From Eledone cirrhosa (Eukaryota), in contig OZ024742.1 of assembly GCA_964016885.1 (NCBI GenBank), positions 42,284,001 through 42,348,000 of the forward strand: DNA of 64,000 bases. Direction: 5' to 3'. The notes below the pieces were generated by a model. It did no database searches. It was given only the letters and a program-made list of their open reading frames with translations, and was not told the origin of the DNA. The position numbers and the translations under genes were made by a program. Shown in pieces: positions 1-13,147 of this stretch (position 1 is its first letter; the number at the start of each line of letters is the position of its first letter).

Positions 1-990
1 TATTTAATTGTCAAAGCTCTTTCATCACACAATGTTTGACTCTGATAATGACTCTTTTTGTTCTTCTTTTTCTCTTTTATTTATTTCATCTTGGACAAGA
101 TATACTATTGATAGGCTTGATAAATAAAACAACTGGACCAGTGTTCAAAAAGACAATATATGATGTGAGAATGATTGGAGGCATGAACATGACAGCCAAC
201 TATAAATATCATATATCTTTATTCATACTGTTCCAAACAATTGTTTCAATGTTGCACAATATAATATATATATATATCCCAGACTTTGTCAAATTGGACC
301 GAGGAAACAATGTTTCCATTAGTCTTTCCAATTGCTGATAATATCAACAACATGAAATAAAGTGTCTTGCTCGAGGACATAACGCATTGCCCGGTCCAGG
401 AATCAAACTCACAACCTCACGATTGTGAACCCAATTCTCTAAACACTGAACCACGTGCCTTCATATATAGGTTTGACTATAATTAATTTATCAATTACAA
501 AGAAACAAGGGTGTGCTTGCAGATGGCCAGTCTTTTGAACATTTAATGTAATGATATAAACTTAAATGAATTAGTTATGTATTACTTTTGGAATAAAGAT
601 TAATATTACTATGGTTTCTTTTTAATTCACATTTCTTATCAGTAAGCTAGTAAGCTAATTACGGCCTATCTTGTATATCCAGCAAGATATGCTTATTTCA
701 AACTCATATTACAGTAGCTGTAGATGTTTATTTGTATCTGTGAAATAGTTGGTATTTGAGCAGATTTAAAAGGATTCATAAATTCTTTTATTTAAATTAC
801 TGTTATCTTAATCATATCAATTGTCTAAGATTTAATTCCCAATTTCAGTTACCTAGCTCTCATGATATTAATAATAACAAACTATATTTATAAGGTATTA
901 TGTATTTCAATATTAATTTATCTACATGTATTTATTATTTTAACAACAATTCTTATATATTCTTATAATATTTTTATTGTTAAAATATAG

Positions 991-1090
991 ACAGAAGTTG
1001 TATGATGACTACTGTGCTCATATGAGCAATATTTTTCAACAATGGGATGTTGATCTGAACAAATCAAAGGAACAAGAAGAAAAATTACTG
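991..1090 (+). CDS. SYCP3: SYCP3 (synaptonemal complex protein 3, Cor1/Xlr coiled coil), internal exon; upstream exons not found in window
   Basis: ag|A CAG...CTG|gtgag; translates QKLYDDYCAHMSNIFQQWDVDLNKSKEQEEKLL, resembling vertebrate SYCP3 [33 protein letters not shown] (recalled). Confidence 0.9.
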
Positions 1091-1411
1091 GTGAGAAATG
1101 CAAGATTAAATTTCCATAAAGATCTTTAGTAATTTAGGTTACTGAAGATACTAGAATCCTTTCCATAGTTAATAGTTTCATTAAATATTGTTATGTTTTA
1201 TGAATAAGAGACGCGTTACTATACTTACTGTATATATCTGGTTTAGAATAAAATAGGTACACTATAATCATGTCTGTCACAAGAAGTGACAAAAAGGGTT
1301 GGTGCCAGGAAGGGCATCTGATCACAAAATATTCTTTTAAAAAAAGACTACATGATGAATATGAAGTCTGCAAGGCTGGCCTCTGCTTTAGCAGGAATAA
1401 AATGGCATTAA

Positions 1412-1595
1412 CCCTTTAGGATTTACATTACTCTATATTTACTATTATATATTCATGATAAAGTCTTTATCTCACATAATATCGTATCTATGAGTTTTTG
1501 ATATTTATTTTAAGAACAATACCGGTTACAGCCAGTATGAACAGAAAGAGGTGAGAGAATTTTGGTTGGATACGGTTGGTTTAAATGCTAAAGGG
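1412..1595. mobile_element. TTAA-specific (piggyBac-like) MITE, ~150-220 bp family
   Basis: TIRs CCCTTTAG(C/G)ATTTA / TAAATGCTAAAGGG flanked by TTAA on both sides. Other full or partial copies at ~5631-5829, 7828-8029, 12962-13147, 15440-15635, 19906-20025, 41043-41287, 41718-41915, 48276-48495, 48892-54324 (interrupted), 54679-54860, 58979-59120, 60910-61097, 62722-62869. Confidence 0.85.
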
Positions 1596-1692
1596 TTAAA
1601 ACACACTTGCTGCTGTTGTACACTTTACTATACTGGCTTCAGTTTTATGTAGAAGCAAGATCCACATTAAATGAGAATGATTTAAAATTACT

Positions 1693-1909
1693 CACTGGAA
1701 GTAACATTGACATCATGTAAGCAGAAAGGGAAGACAAGAGGATCTATTTCCTCATGGGAATTTGATGTGAATGGTTGTGTCTGTGACCACCTGTGAAACC
1801 TGGGATTTTTTTCACACAAGCTCACAGACATCAGATCACCACAAGGAAAGAGATCCTCTTGTTTTTCCCTTCCTTTCATGTGACATTGTTGCTCCTGTTA
1901 CTTCCAGTG
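1693..1909. repeat. Long imperfect inverted repeat (foldback/MITE-like)
   Basis: Perfect 14-bp ends CACTGGAAGTAACA / TGTTACTTCCAGTG plus internal complementary blocks (ACAAGAGGATCT / AGATCCTCTTGT); no clear TSD. Confidence 0.7.
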
Positions 1910-2179
1910 CACAATTCATAACCCTACAATTTATTTATAAGTTAGTTTGGGTAAAGGTGCAGTGTCCATAGAGCTTTTCAAGTATCCTTGGTCGGAGCAG
2001 AGGGATAACTAGATAAAGTTGGTGTGATTAATTTTTAAACATTAGTACCTGGAGAGAAATTACAGATTGGAAGAGAGTTACAAAGACATACTGTAAAAAA
2101 GAAAAGATTTAGGAAAATATTTAGTATGGCTGATGGAATTTAAGATGAGTGATGGGAGGAAAGAACACTGGTTTTAACC

Positions 2180-5100
2180 TGTAGTGCTCTCTAGACAAGG
2201 GAAGTAGCTAATGGTGACCCCGAACACGCAGCAAAAAACAAATCCATTTATTCACCATCGCCTAAAAGTGGTGACAAATATTTTCATACACTATTACAAT
2301 TTATTGCTACACAAACTATTGCTAAACAATTCACTAAAACGGTGAACCCAACAACAACACAGAAAAGAATTGTTCTCGACTCTAGGAAGTTCATTTTATT
2401 TCAGTCAGTTCGTGTGGGGCAAACAAAATAAAAAAATTGAAGAAACAAATCGTCATGTTGACAGCGTGATACTACACCAAAATAAAAAAAATAAAAAATG
2501 TCCCTCGCGTTTTCGGTTCAACCAAGCTTTCGTTTTTTTTTAAGTCACCATCTTACTTGCTTGGTGCTATATTTTTACTTCAGCTATTCATGGTACTACC
2601 ACGTGTGCGGTAGTTACCCCCCCCCCCCCGCATTATGGAATTTTCTCGTGTGCCTACTTCAGCAGTTTCAGTCGTCACTTCTTCTGCTTTCAAAACCCAG
2701 CCTGCTTCACCTCGTGAGGACTCAATGTTGAGAGTCATTGATGTGTTAACTCGGCATCTCTATCCCAGTTATTTCAAGGTTTTCGATCATACCAAGTCAG
2801 AATCAACCCAGCTAAATGTGTGTTTGGTACAGGTTCACTGGAATTCCTTGGACATCTTATAGATTCGGAAGGCATTCGACCTCTGCCATCTAAGGTGGAA
2901 GCGATTCAGCGCATCGCACCCCCACCTCCCTGAAACAATTACGTCATTTCTTGGGATTAATTAACTTTTATCGTCGCTTCATTCCTAACAAGTTGTTTCC
3001 CTTGACACAGTTTTTAAAGGCTGTGAAAAAGAAAGATGCTCCTATTTCACTTTCTGCTGATGCCTTGGAGTCTTTTGAATCCGTCAAGTCCAAGATAGTT
3101 TCCTTCCTCGCCCATCCTGTTGCAAACGCGAGGCTTTCTTTAACTGTTGATGCATCCGATCATACTGTTGGAGCAGTTTTGCAACATACGATCGACCACC
3201 AGGTTCAACCACTGGCATTTTTTTCACGCCAACTTAAATCAACTGAACAGAAATACACACCTTTGACAGAACTTTTGGCAGTTTATCTTGCCGTGAAGCA
3301 CTTCCACCATTTTTTGGAAGGGCGGGAGTTCACGATATTCATGGACCATAAACCGCTAACATTCGCTCTCCAATCCAAGTCCGACAGGTACTCTCCGAGA
3401 GCATATAGTCATTTGGATCTCATCTCCCAGTACACCAGTGACATTCGTCATATAGCCAGAGCTGCCAACATACCCACGGACGCACTATCTCGACTTTCTG
3501 TGTTCTCTTGCGTCTCCTGCACATATCAATTTGGTTGCCATGGCAACTGACCAACCTACTTTGGATTCGTTGGACATTTCATCTGACCAGTTCTCCTGCT
3601 GCAAATTGGAATATTTACCTCTTCCATCTTCTGAAGGGAAAATTCTCTGCGATATTTCTACTGGCTCACCCAAACCGCTCGTTCCAGATTGTCATCAACG
3701 TACTGTGTTTGATGCACTTCATTCCTTGTCGCATCCCGGCATATCTGCCACGGTGAAGCTCATCATGGCCCGATTTTTCTGGCCTAATATGCGTCGTTTA
3801 ATCACCGGCTGGGCACGTTCTTGTTTGAAGTGTCAGCGTTCTAAGATTTACCGACATGTCTGTACTCCTCTTGGCAAATTCAGCCCGCCAGACGCCCGTT
3901 TCAGTCATATTCATATGGATATTGTTGGTCCGTGGCCCGTTAATCGTGGGTTCACATATTTATTGACCTGTATCGATCGTTTCTTTCGGTGGCCTGAGGC
4001 CATACCACTAGTGGACATAACAACTGAGTCCGTTGCTCGAGCTTTCATTTCCAATTGGATTGCACGCTTTGGTGTTCCTTCTAAAATAACTACGAATCGC
4101 GGACGACATTTCGAGGCTTCCTTATTTCGTTAAATATCACGACTCTTGGGTGCTCATCACATTCATACGACCACCTATCACCCAGCCTCCAATGGAATGG
4201 TGGAGAGGTTTCACAGAGATTTGAAAGCTGCATTTCGTGCTACTCCTGATCTGCAACGTTGGACCAAATTTTTGCCAATCGTGCTTCTTAGTTGTCATTC
4301 TGCCATTAAGACAGATTTGGGTTTCTCTTCTGCTGAACATCTTTATGGTACCACCTTGACTCTTCCTGGTCAAATGTTAGCACCGGTGGATTCATCGCAT
4401 CTTGACCCAGCATCATATGTCACCAGTATTCGTTCGTATTTCTCGGATCTTCCACCAATGAACCCTCGTAACCAGTCTATTTCTTCTGCTGTTCCATCGG
4501 ACATCTCTATGTGGACACACATTTTTGTACGGAATGATTCTGTCAAGGGACCTCTTACGTCACCCTACAATGGACCTTTTCGTGTGCTTTCGCACACACC
4601 AAAACATTTCACAGTGGTTGTCAATGGTCGAAAAGAGACAATATCCATTGACAGAGCAAAGAAGGCTTTCTCTGAAAGTCTCATTACAATGCCTGACATA
4701 CCTTGTACATACACTCCCACACCAACACCTTCACCTCCACTACAAACACCACATACCACACAACCTTATGTCACACAAGGTGGCAGGACAGTAAAATGGC
4801 CACGTAAACTCTCAAAAACAATATACATTTAAACCCTAGTGGCATTAACAAACTTCTTTTTTCAGTTTCAGATAGAACTAATCAGAAAAGTCTGTACACT
4901 AGTGATGTATGAACTATTTGATTTTGAAGAAACTTTGAACTTACCATTGAGCATTAATTTTTCTCTGCTCCTTTATATTAACTTTGAATTATTAGTTTGT
5001 TACATTCACATTTTTTCTTTGTAAAATGCATTTACTTGTTTTGTGCTTTTTTTTTTGCTATTTGCTTCAGTTGCGAGCTCATGTTTTATTCATGCACTTT

Positions 5101-5440
5101 CTTGTACTTTTTGCTTTGCTCCTCATTTCTCACGGGTTCTCGCTACAATGACCTTCGGTTGGTTATTCGACTTCTCGTCTGAGAGGGGAGTCTTGTAGCG
5201 CTCTCTAGACAAGGGAAGTAGGTAGAGTTACTTTCCGTTGAATTTCTAGAACATTCCTTAAACTTCCATTCCAGGGATTATAAAAAGCCATCTTCCTCTC
5301 TTTTGGCGGCTAGTTCTTAAACTGATCACATCGAGCACAAACATGTTAAGCTTTTTCCAACCATATCTTATAATTCAGGATTACACCTCATCATGCCATG
5401 AGGTACGTTTTGTTACCACATTTGTAATACACGGACTACA
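2180..5440 (+). mobile_element. Ty3/Gypsy LTR retrotransposon, internally deleted, in SYCP3 intron
   Basis: LTR start TGTAG(T/C)GCTCTCTAGACAAGGGAAGTAG at 2180 and 5194; PBS TGGTGACCCCGA at 2212; PPT GAGAGGGGAG 5181-5190; pol order RT-RNaseH-integrase. The 3' LTR end is placed at CTACA (5440) from the terminal inverted repeat; no TSD found, so this boundary is uncertain. Confidence 0.9.
2740..4832 (+). pseudogene. Gypsy pol remnant (RT C-terminus, RNase H, integrase), frameshifted and stop-interrupted
   Basis: LGLINFYRRFIP; TVDASDHTVGAVLQ...PLAFFSRQL...ELLAVY...DHKPL (RNase H); H..SHPG...CLKCQ (zinc finger); HMDIVGP, RFGVPSKITTNRG, YHPASNGMVERFHR (DDE integrase); GPYxV-like SPYNGPFRV. Confidence 0.92.
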
Positions 5441-6240
5441 ATAAATGCAAGTTATTTTGATACTCGTTTTGAGAAACTCTTCATGCCTCAGTTATTACTT
5501 CGAATGTAGAGAGAGACAATTCTCACAAAAAAGAAATTGTATGAAAGTTCTTCTATATCTATTAAAATTAGCAGTTGGGATCCGGTGGTACTTACTGGAG
5601 TAAGTAACTCTGGGACCAACTCCCTAAAAACCCTTTAGCATTTAAATCGGCCATATCCAGCCAGAACTCTCTGACCTCTTTCTGTTCAAACTGGTTGTAA
5701 CTGTTCATACTTACATTAAGGTATTCACAAAATAAATGTCAAGATTCGACATGTGAGATAATTATGTAAAATAAAGCCTTTACTGTGAAAATACAATAGT
5801 AAATATAGTGTAATGTAAATACTAAAGGGTTAAGTGGAGCTAGTCAGTATATTGTCAACAAGTCATACAATGCAGGCACCATTGCTATCATCATCATTCT
5901 TGCTGTTGCCAGCATGATTTTAAAGTTTGTTTTCCATAGTTTGGACAAGACTTTTCAAGACAGTTATCCTATGGTTGGAAACCCTTCTTGATTCCAGCAC
6001 ATAGTTTATTTCAAGTATGACATATACCATAATTGTTGAACCACTACACTATAGGGCATATTGTTTATGGAGGGCATAAACAAACATTGTCATTTTCCTT
6101 TAATAGTGTTGATATGAAGACGTTCATGATGACTGAAATGTACATGACAGGCTCCCTCGTAATTTCCATTTACCAAATTCACTTGCATTGGCATTCAACA
6201 ATCTGAGGCTTTTGTAAAATACAGTTGCCCAGGGTTTTAC

Positions 6241-6420
6241 ATAATTGTTTCTACTTTTGGCACAAGGCCAGCAATTACCCAGTGCATTACTGGTACTTTA
6301 TTTTATCGACCCCGTAAGGATGAAAGGCAAAGTCAACCTCGGCGGGATTTGAACTCTGATCATAAAGGGACGTAACTATGCTGGAAAGCATGGCGTCCGA
6401 CCCTCTACCGATACTGCCAA
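6241..6420 (-). mobile_element. tRNA-derived SINE family A (Meta-domain-like core)
   Basis: Sense strand: A-box-like TGGCAGTATCGG, B-box GAGTTCAAATCC, core GCCTTTCATCCTTACGGGGTCGATAAAATAAAGTACC, tail TAGAAACAATTAT. Copies at ~10405-10585(-), 12150-12325(+), 19445-19625(-), 19670-19820(-), 36596-36775(-), 39030-39190(-), 45016-45200(+), 47722-47940(+), 48660-48760(+), 53967-54153(-), 56357-56540(+), 63227-63640(+). Confidence 0.85.
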
Positions 6421-7514
6421 CCCTAATGGGACTGAATCTGAAACGATGTGGTTCGACAGTGAACTTCTTAACCTTACAACTATACTACCAAATTAGGCTA
6501 ATTGGCATAGTTATTTGTTCCAGCCCTGTGCTCTTTTAAATCTAGACATGGTCAACTTCATGTTTCATCTTTTCAAGGGTGATAAAAAAGTATCAGTCTA
6601 GTACTGGGGTTGATTCTTCCTCCCTATATATCTCTCTCACTTCCTCTTGGTCACTTTCTCTCCTGTTCAGGGAAAAAATCAGCTGTATTCAGGAGTTACA
6701 GGTTCTCACATTATCAGTGTGATGTGTATAAAGTGTTTGAATAGTTGTTAGTAGTTTAAAGTTTGCTTATCATGCAGAGTACATTTTAATGGATGTAAAC
6801 AAGGATGTTTGTGTGTATGTGGTATGTATTTTGTCTCAACCATATCCTGTCTCAAACATGTCAACAGAACTGATAGTATTTTCATTTAATTAGATAAATA
6901 TCTCTTGATTATCTAAATATCTTTTAAACTGTTAACAGTAACTGGTTTATTCTGGCTGCAACAGTGTATTATGTCAATATTTCCTTCATACCCTACAACA
7001 TGAAATGCCTTATATATTTCTTGTCTCCCCACTCAGATATTGAAATAGAAATTATATAACATCCATTTTAACCCTTTTCTTAACAATATTTTTTATGAAA
7101 TATATTGTCTATGATTTTCAATTAATTTTTAAAATAATAAAAACTTTTTCATTATCAAGCTTGTACATGGAGCATAACATAACAAAAGTTCTTAATAAAA
7201 CTACAATGGAAGGTTTTTACATAAGTTTTATATTGTAGAACAAGGTGCAGTTTCAGGTGGTTCGGGTTCAAAAATGTAAATCAAATGTTTAGTGTCTAGT
7301 TTCTGTGTAACATTAAAATGTTTTTTTTAAAGAATTCTTAATCTATTTAAGTTTTCAGTTTAAATTATTTGGAACAAAGACTAAAAATTAAATTGCATTT
7401 TACTTACTCAAGTTAACAAAATATTTTTGAATGCTGAAAAAAAAGTGAAATCTTAGTGAACTAAGTTTATGGCCTGTTTTACCATATTTTCGATATTTAC
7501 ATTTTTTTTCACAG

Positions 7515-7613
7515 GTTCTCTTTAAGCAGCACCAAAAGATGTCTCAGCAGAACTCTTTAAGTCAGCAACAGAAGTTGGTGACACTTCATGATCTTCATGA
7601 CCAATTTTGTAAA
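7515..7613 (+). CDS. SYCP3: SYCP3 exon
   Basis: ttttttttcacag|GTT...AAA|gtaac, 99 nt, phase 0/0; VLFKQHQKMSQQNSLSQQQKLVTLHDLHDQFCK. Confidence 0.9.
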
Positions 7614-8217
7614 GTAACTATTAATAAACTTTTATTTTTATTTTGGTTCATTTTGTAATGTTTTAGAATAACACTGTGTTTAATTGACTTCTATTTCTAG
7701 CAACTATGTAGAAGCTCAATTATTGGTTCATAGCAATTACAATGTTCAGCTGGTGTTCATAACAAAATTAACCAAGACAAATGCTTACTAACTTAAAAGT
7801 TATCATTCATGTAATAGAAAGATTTAACCCTTTAGCATTTAAATTGGCCCTATCCAGCCAGAATTCTCACCTCTTTCTGTTCAAACCAGCTGTAACTAGC
7901 TGCACATACTGATGTTAAGGTATTGTTCTCAAAATAATATCAAAGTCTCATAAATTCGATATTATGTGAGGTAAAGCCTTTACCATGAAAATATAATAGT
8001 AAATATAGAGTAATGTCAATGCTAAAGGGTTAAATTTAAGTATTAACACTTTAATACAAGCAGTTGATAACAAATAACCAGGAGTATTCTCAGGTGGGTT
8101 GGTACCAAAAGTAACAAATACAACTGTAACTATATTATTATATCAGTTTACATGTCATTACTGGATATCTGTTCTATTCATGTTGTCACAAACTAAATTA
8201 AGGTAAAATATTTTCAG

Positions 8218-8322
8218 GGAATAAAAGATTTAGAAAAAAACCACCAGGAACAGCAATCAACAGTTCTGGCAGAATTAAAGAAAGAGATGGCTTTGTTACA
8301 GAAGAGAATTTTAATGGATACA
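8218..8322 (+). CDS. SYCP3: SYCP3 exon
   Basis: ttttcag|GGA...ACA|gtaagt, 105 nt; GIKDLEKNHQEQQSTVLAELKKEMALLQKRILMDT contains the conserved ExKKEMAxLQKxIxMxT motif. Confidence 0.93.
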
Positions 8323-9112
8323 GTAAGTGTACATTTTACTTTTATAAATTATACAATTAGACAATATTATAAATGAGTGAGTGTAGATGTGGCTGAGTGG
8401 TTAAGAAGTTCACTTTGCAATCATAACATCCTGTGTTCAATCCCATTACATGACTTGAACAAGTATTTTTACCATAGCCTCAGGTTGACCCAAACATAAA
8501 TGGAAAATATGTGGAAGCTTCTCCCATGGATTGTATATATAAATCAAAGGTCCATTCTAGTCTCTGATTTTGCCTAAGAATTATATTAAGGGTACACATT
8601 TGTGGGATACTCAACTACTTACATGTTAATTCACGAGTCAGACATTGAGTTTATTGAACTACAAAATATTAATTGTTGAAACCAAAGGAGGACCCATGCT
8701 ATGTTTTTAGAGTTGTTGTTCAATCACTTTTGAAATATCATCTGGTCTTTGGTGGAGTAGGGCTGGTTTAGAGTTAGCTGGAGGCTACAATGCTATACAT
8801 GTGTTTATGTTTGAATATAATATCTACAATTCTGTATTCATTTCAATAATGTGCTTTTAATTGCAGTAATTTCTCTATAAGTCTATTAACACAGTTTGTG
8901 AAGTTTTAGTTTAATGGTGAGTTCATGATGACATGAAGCAGTATATGTTAAAGTTGACAACAACAATTATTAAATGCCATGTTTAGGTACAGGCATTGTT
9001 ATGTGGTTAAGAAGTTCACTTCACTACCACATGATTCTAGGTTCAGTTCCACTAAGCAGCACCTTAGGCAAGTGACTCCTACTATACCTGTGGGTTGATC
9101 AATGCCTTGTAA

Positions 9113-9580
9113 GTGGAAACATCTGATGTGTCAAACTTTTTTCTCTCCTTCCAAAGCATGAAACTAATAAGACTAATTTTTTTTGTATCTCTGTGTTTGT
9201 CATGTTTTAAATTATATTATCCATGCTTACACGGCACTCCTTGTAATTTGGCCCTTGAAATTTACATGGCACTTGGGAACTGCGACCTTCTACTATTCTG
9301 ACTGGTCATGGATCACCAGCAGATTACCTGGACTTCAGATTATGGGAATTTTTCTACTGTTCACCACACTAATCTTCTGCGAACTTTTCTCCTCCTTTAT
9401 CTTTCTCTTCTATCTCCTTATTGTTCCTTTTCTCAACTCTCATGTCAATCACTGAACCTCTGTACTCCGGATGAAGGACTAATATCCGATACATTGAAAT
9501 TTTTTGTCTCCTTCCTCCAAAACATGAAACTAATAAGTCTAATTGTTTTTGTATCTCTGTGTTTGTCATTTTAAAAATTA
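9113..9580 (+). mobile_element. Probable Penelope-like element terminal-repeat relic
   Basis: ~85-bp direct repeat (about 9134-9218 vs 9498-9582: CATGAAACTAATAAG.CTAATT.TTTTTGTATCTCTGTGTTTGTCAT), pyrimidine-rich tract, and a degenerate hammerhead-like motif CCGGATGAAGGACTAATATCCGATACATTG near 9467. Confidence 0.45.
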
Positions 9581-10932
9581 TATATATCATCATCATTGTC
9601 GTTTTAACGTCCGCTTTTCCTGCTAGCAAGAGTTGGACAGATCCATATAAACCAAGTCAGTACTAAAGTGGAGCTAAAGATCTCCCAGGCAGGCAAGGGA
9701 CCTCTGCGCTTATGTATGGTCTCGTGCTCAGGAGAGGTTGTCATGCCTTTGACACAACGTTTATTATTCCGCCTGTTGTTGATGTATTTGTTTGTTGCTG
9801 TTGTCAAGGTAGTAAGTAGATGTTGTAAAATGGTTGGTGATAGGAAGGGCATCCAGCCACAGAAAACTTGCCAGCGAGAAACTTAAATGGAATTGAAAAC
9901 TCTACGCATCACGAAAATAATATTTAAAATTAAGTGCACATATAAACATTTTTGTGTAAGGCACATTCAGTGATAATGCCCGTGGGAGTATATACATTAA
10001 ATAGTTATGTATTTACACGGAATCCAATGAAAGGAAGAATGCTTATATGATCAAAAGAGTGAGTTCAGAGACTAAGTAACTCAAGATCTATATTTTCTGA
10101 TGATATGAGGGGAAATGTTTTGTGTCAAATAAATAATTGATTAACTGATTAATTCATTCATTTGACTGGTACTACATCTACCTTTATAGAAACAATTGTA
10201 GAAATAAAGGATTATAATTGAACAACTACCTTTGTATTCCTTCTGAATTGACTATTTATCCTCTGTGGCTTCCATTGGCTTCATCTATCAGTATCATATC
10301 CCTTTGGACTTTGATTCCTGCACGTTTTGACCTGAATAATGCATTGAACTTAACACACTTTGCTAAAATATTAGAGGATTCCTTCACTTTCATTTACTAT
10401 ATATATAATTGTTTCTACTTTTGGCACAAGGCCAGCAATTATCCAGTGCATTACTGGTACTTTATTTTATCGACCCCATAAGGATGAAAGGCAAAGTCAA
10501 CCTCGGCGGGATTTGAACTCAGAATGGCAAGGGCCGTAACTCTATGCGTCAAAGCATGGCGTCCAACCCTCTACCGATACTGCCATGTATATATAGTGTG
10601 TGTGTGTCTGTTTATCTCCAGTAACTTAGGGGTTCAACAAACAGATATTGATAAAGTATCAAAATTTAAAAAAAATAAGCAGTGGAAGAATTGATATGAT
10701 TGACTAAATCAATGCTGTGCCCCAGCATGGCTGCATTCTAATAACTGAAATTAATTTTAAAAATGTATTTATTTAAACTCTACTACTGCTTATTCAAATT
10801 GATTGAAATCTGGACATTTATCTTAGTTTATACACTGTAAGGTAAAAACAACTCTAAATCTGTTATGAATAAATCTACCTATATATAATACTAATGTGTT
10901 TATAATTATTCTATCCTTTCTATTTTTTTCAG

Positions 10933-10986
10933 CAACAACAAGAAATGGCAAATGTTCGCAAATCCCTCAAATCGATACTGTTTTAA
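10933..10986 (+). CDS. SYCP3: SYCP3 terminal coding exon
   Basis: tttttttcag|CAA...TAA; QQQEMANVRKSLKSILF*, matching the SYCP3 C-terminus QQQEIASVRKSLQSMLF; AATAAA at 11080-11085. Confidence 0.93.
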   Translation, partial: QQQEMANVRKSLKSILF

Positions 10987-13147
10987 TATATCAGATGAAA
11001 TTATTTCATCTTCATGAAGTTACTGTTCAATTGTCTTTTGTTAATTATAATGACCCTTCCAATATTATTTATTATATTTAATAAAATTAATTGTATGACT
11101 ATATCAACTTGAATGTATTTCTTCTCAATGATGTTTAGTTAAGTGGTAGATGAGTGAAAGAAATTTGGACTTAAAACTTTTCAGCATTCTGTACTCTGGT
11201 TTCAAATTCCACTTTGGTCAACATAGTATTTCGTCCTACCAGGATCAATAAAAGAAAAATCAGGAAAATGGAAAAGAGAAGTGTGTTTTTTACTCTCTGG
11301 CAGAGGCTATTTGTATGTATAAAAGGTGGCTTCTATTTGAGGTGTGGGATGAATTTTATTCCAATAGCTATCATCAAGGTGGTAAGCAAGAGATATACTT
11401 ATGGACAAGTCACAGCAGTTTACCTATGTAACTACTCAGTCTGAAACACTGTGAACTATGCCCCTATAAAATGCACTCTGTACACTTTGTGAAGTGCATA
11501 ACATCAAACTGGTAACAACAGCATAGGATAGAGAGGTATTTTAATCAGGTAAATGACCCGACAACCTTCCCAGTACTGGTGTAATAGTAAATTGCTCCCA
11601 GTGCACTCTGTAAAACTATTGGTTTTAGGAATGGCATTTAGCCATAGAAACCATGCTAAACAAAGAGTTGAGAGGACTTATCAGTTGTCAAGGTTATGAT
11701 AAACTCATCAGTGCTGGATTCACACTGTAAAATGGTTGGTGTCAGAAAGAGCAACCATTTGTAGAAAACATGCTCAAATCAGGATTTATGAAAATGAGAA
11801 GTTCACTCCAGTTCATCTAGGTCAGTAGCTATAACTAAATACCGACTTGGTCTATAATGACGTGTCTAACTCCTGCCAACATGAAAGAACAGAAGTTAAA
11901 TGATGATAGTTATGATAAAGCTATATGTCATATTCTAAGCTGGAGAAATGCAAGTGTGGCTGGAGTGTTTTCTAGAGAAGTAAAACCTAGTCCTTATTAA
12001 TCTCTTTAATTTTATATTTCTGGCAGTCTGAAGTAGGGAGGATTTATTCAAGTGACAATGTCCTGAGGGTTGATGCATTCAACTATAATCTTCTCCTACA
12101 GAATAAATAGCATTATGTCATTATTACAAATGGCCATAATTCTATGCCGCTAATGGCATAGAATTATGGCCCTTTACATTCTGAGTTCAAATCCTGAGGT
12201 TAGCTTTGCCTTTCACCTTTATGGGGTCAATAAAATAAAGTACCAGTAATGCACTGGGGTTGATTTAATCGACTTTCCCCTCCCACAAAATTGTTGGCCT
12301 TGTGCCTAAATCAGAAACCATTATTACAAAATAATGTTTAGCTATTTATATCTTTTTATGTCCAGTTTCTACACTGGCATGGATTGAATGGGTTGGAGCG
12401 ACTAAAATCCCATATTTGACATGGTTTGTATGGCTGGATGTCCTTCGTAATACCAACCACCTTTCAGTGTGTGCTTTTTTTTTTTTTGCACCAGCTTACC
12501 ACTTTACACAGTGGACTGGGTACATTTTATTGTGATTGTCACACTAGTTCAGACTGGAGAGTCTTCAACAATATTGTCTCGTTTTGGTTTCAATTACCAA
12601 ACTCTGTAGCCTTCTGCTCTGTCACTATGTTTAATTTTAGTGTCACAGTGCTTGTACTGGTAGCTGTGTCTTTTGCTTTAGCTATTTATAATTTTGTTTT
12701 ACTATTACATTTGGTGAAAATAACAGTTGGTTATAGGTTTCCAATGAATCAATCACTGGTTCATGGCATTGCCGATGGCAAAAATGACAAGTGAGTGTGT
12801 GGAACCTGTGTTGAACAAATACCACAAGATATTTTTCTTCCACTGTACTGGTTTATCAGTTTTCTCATTAATGTGTATATTTTTTGCTGAAAGATATACA
12901 CATACATGACAGGCTTCAGTAGTTTCTGTCTAGCGTTTTAATAAGAAATTGGTCAACTTAACCCTTTAGCATTTAAACTGGCTATATCCAGCCAGAATTC
13001 TTTCACCTCTTTCTGTTCAAACTGGCTGTAACCGGCCACTCATACCAATGTTATGGTATTGTTCTCAAAATAAATAATATCAAAATCTCATAGATTCAAT
13101 ATTATGTGAGGTAAACCATGAAACTATAATAGTAAATATAGAGTAAT

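Noticed and set aside
36-338. 100-aa ORF as a possible upstream SYCP3 exon
   Set aside because: No SYCP3-like coiled-coil sequence and no convincing splice pair; likely a chance AT-rich ORF.
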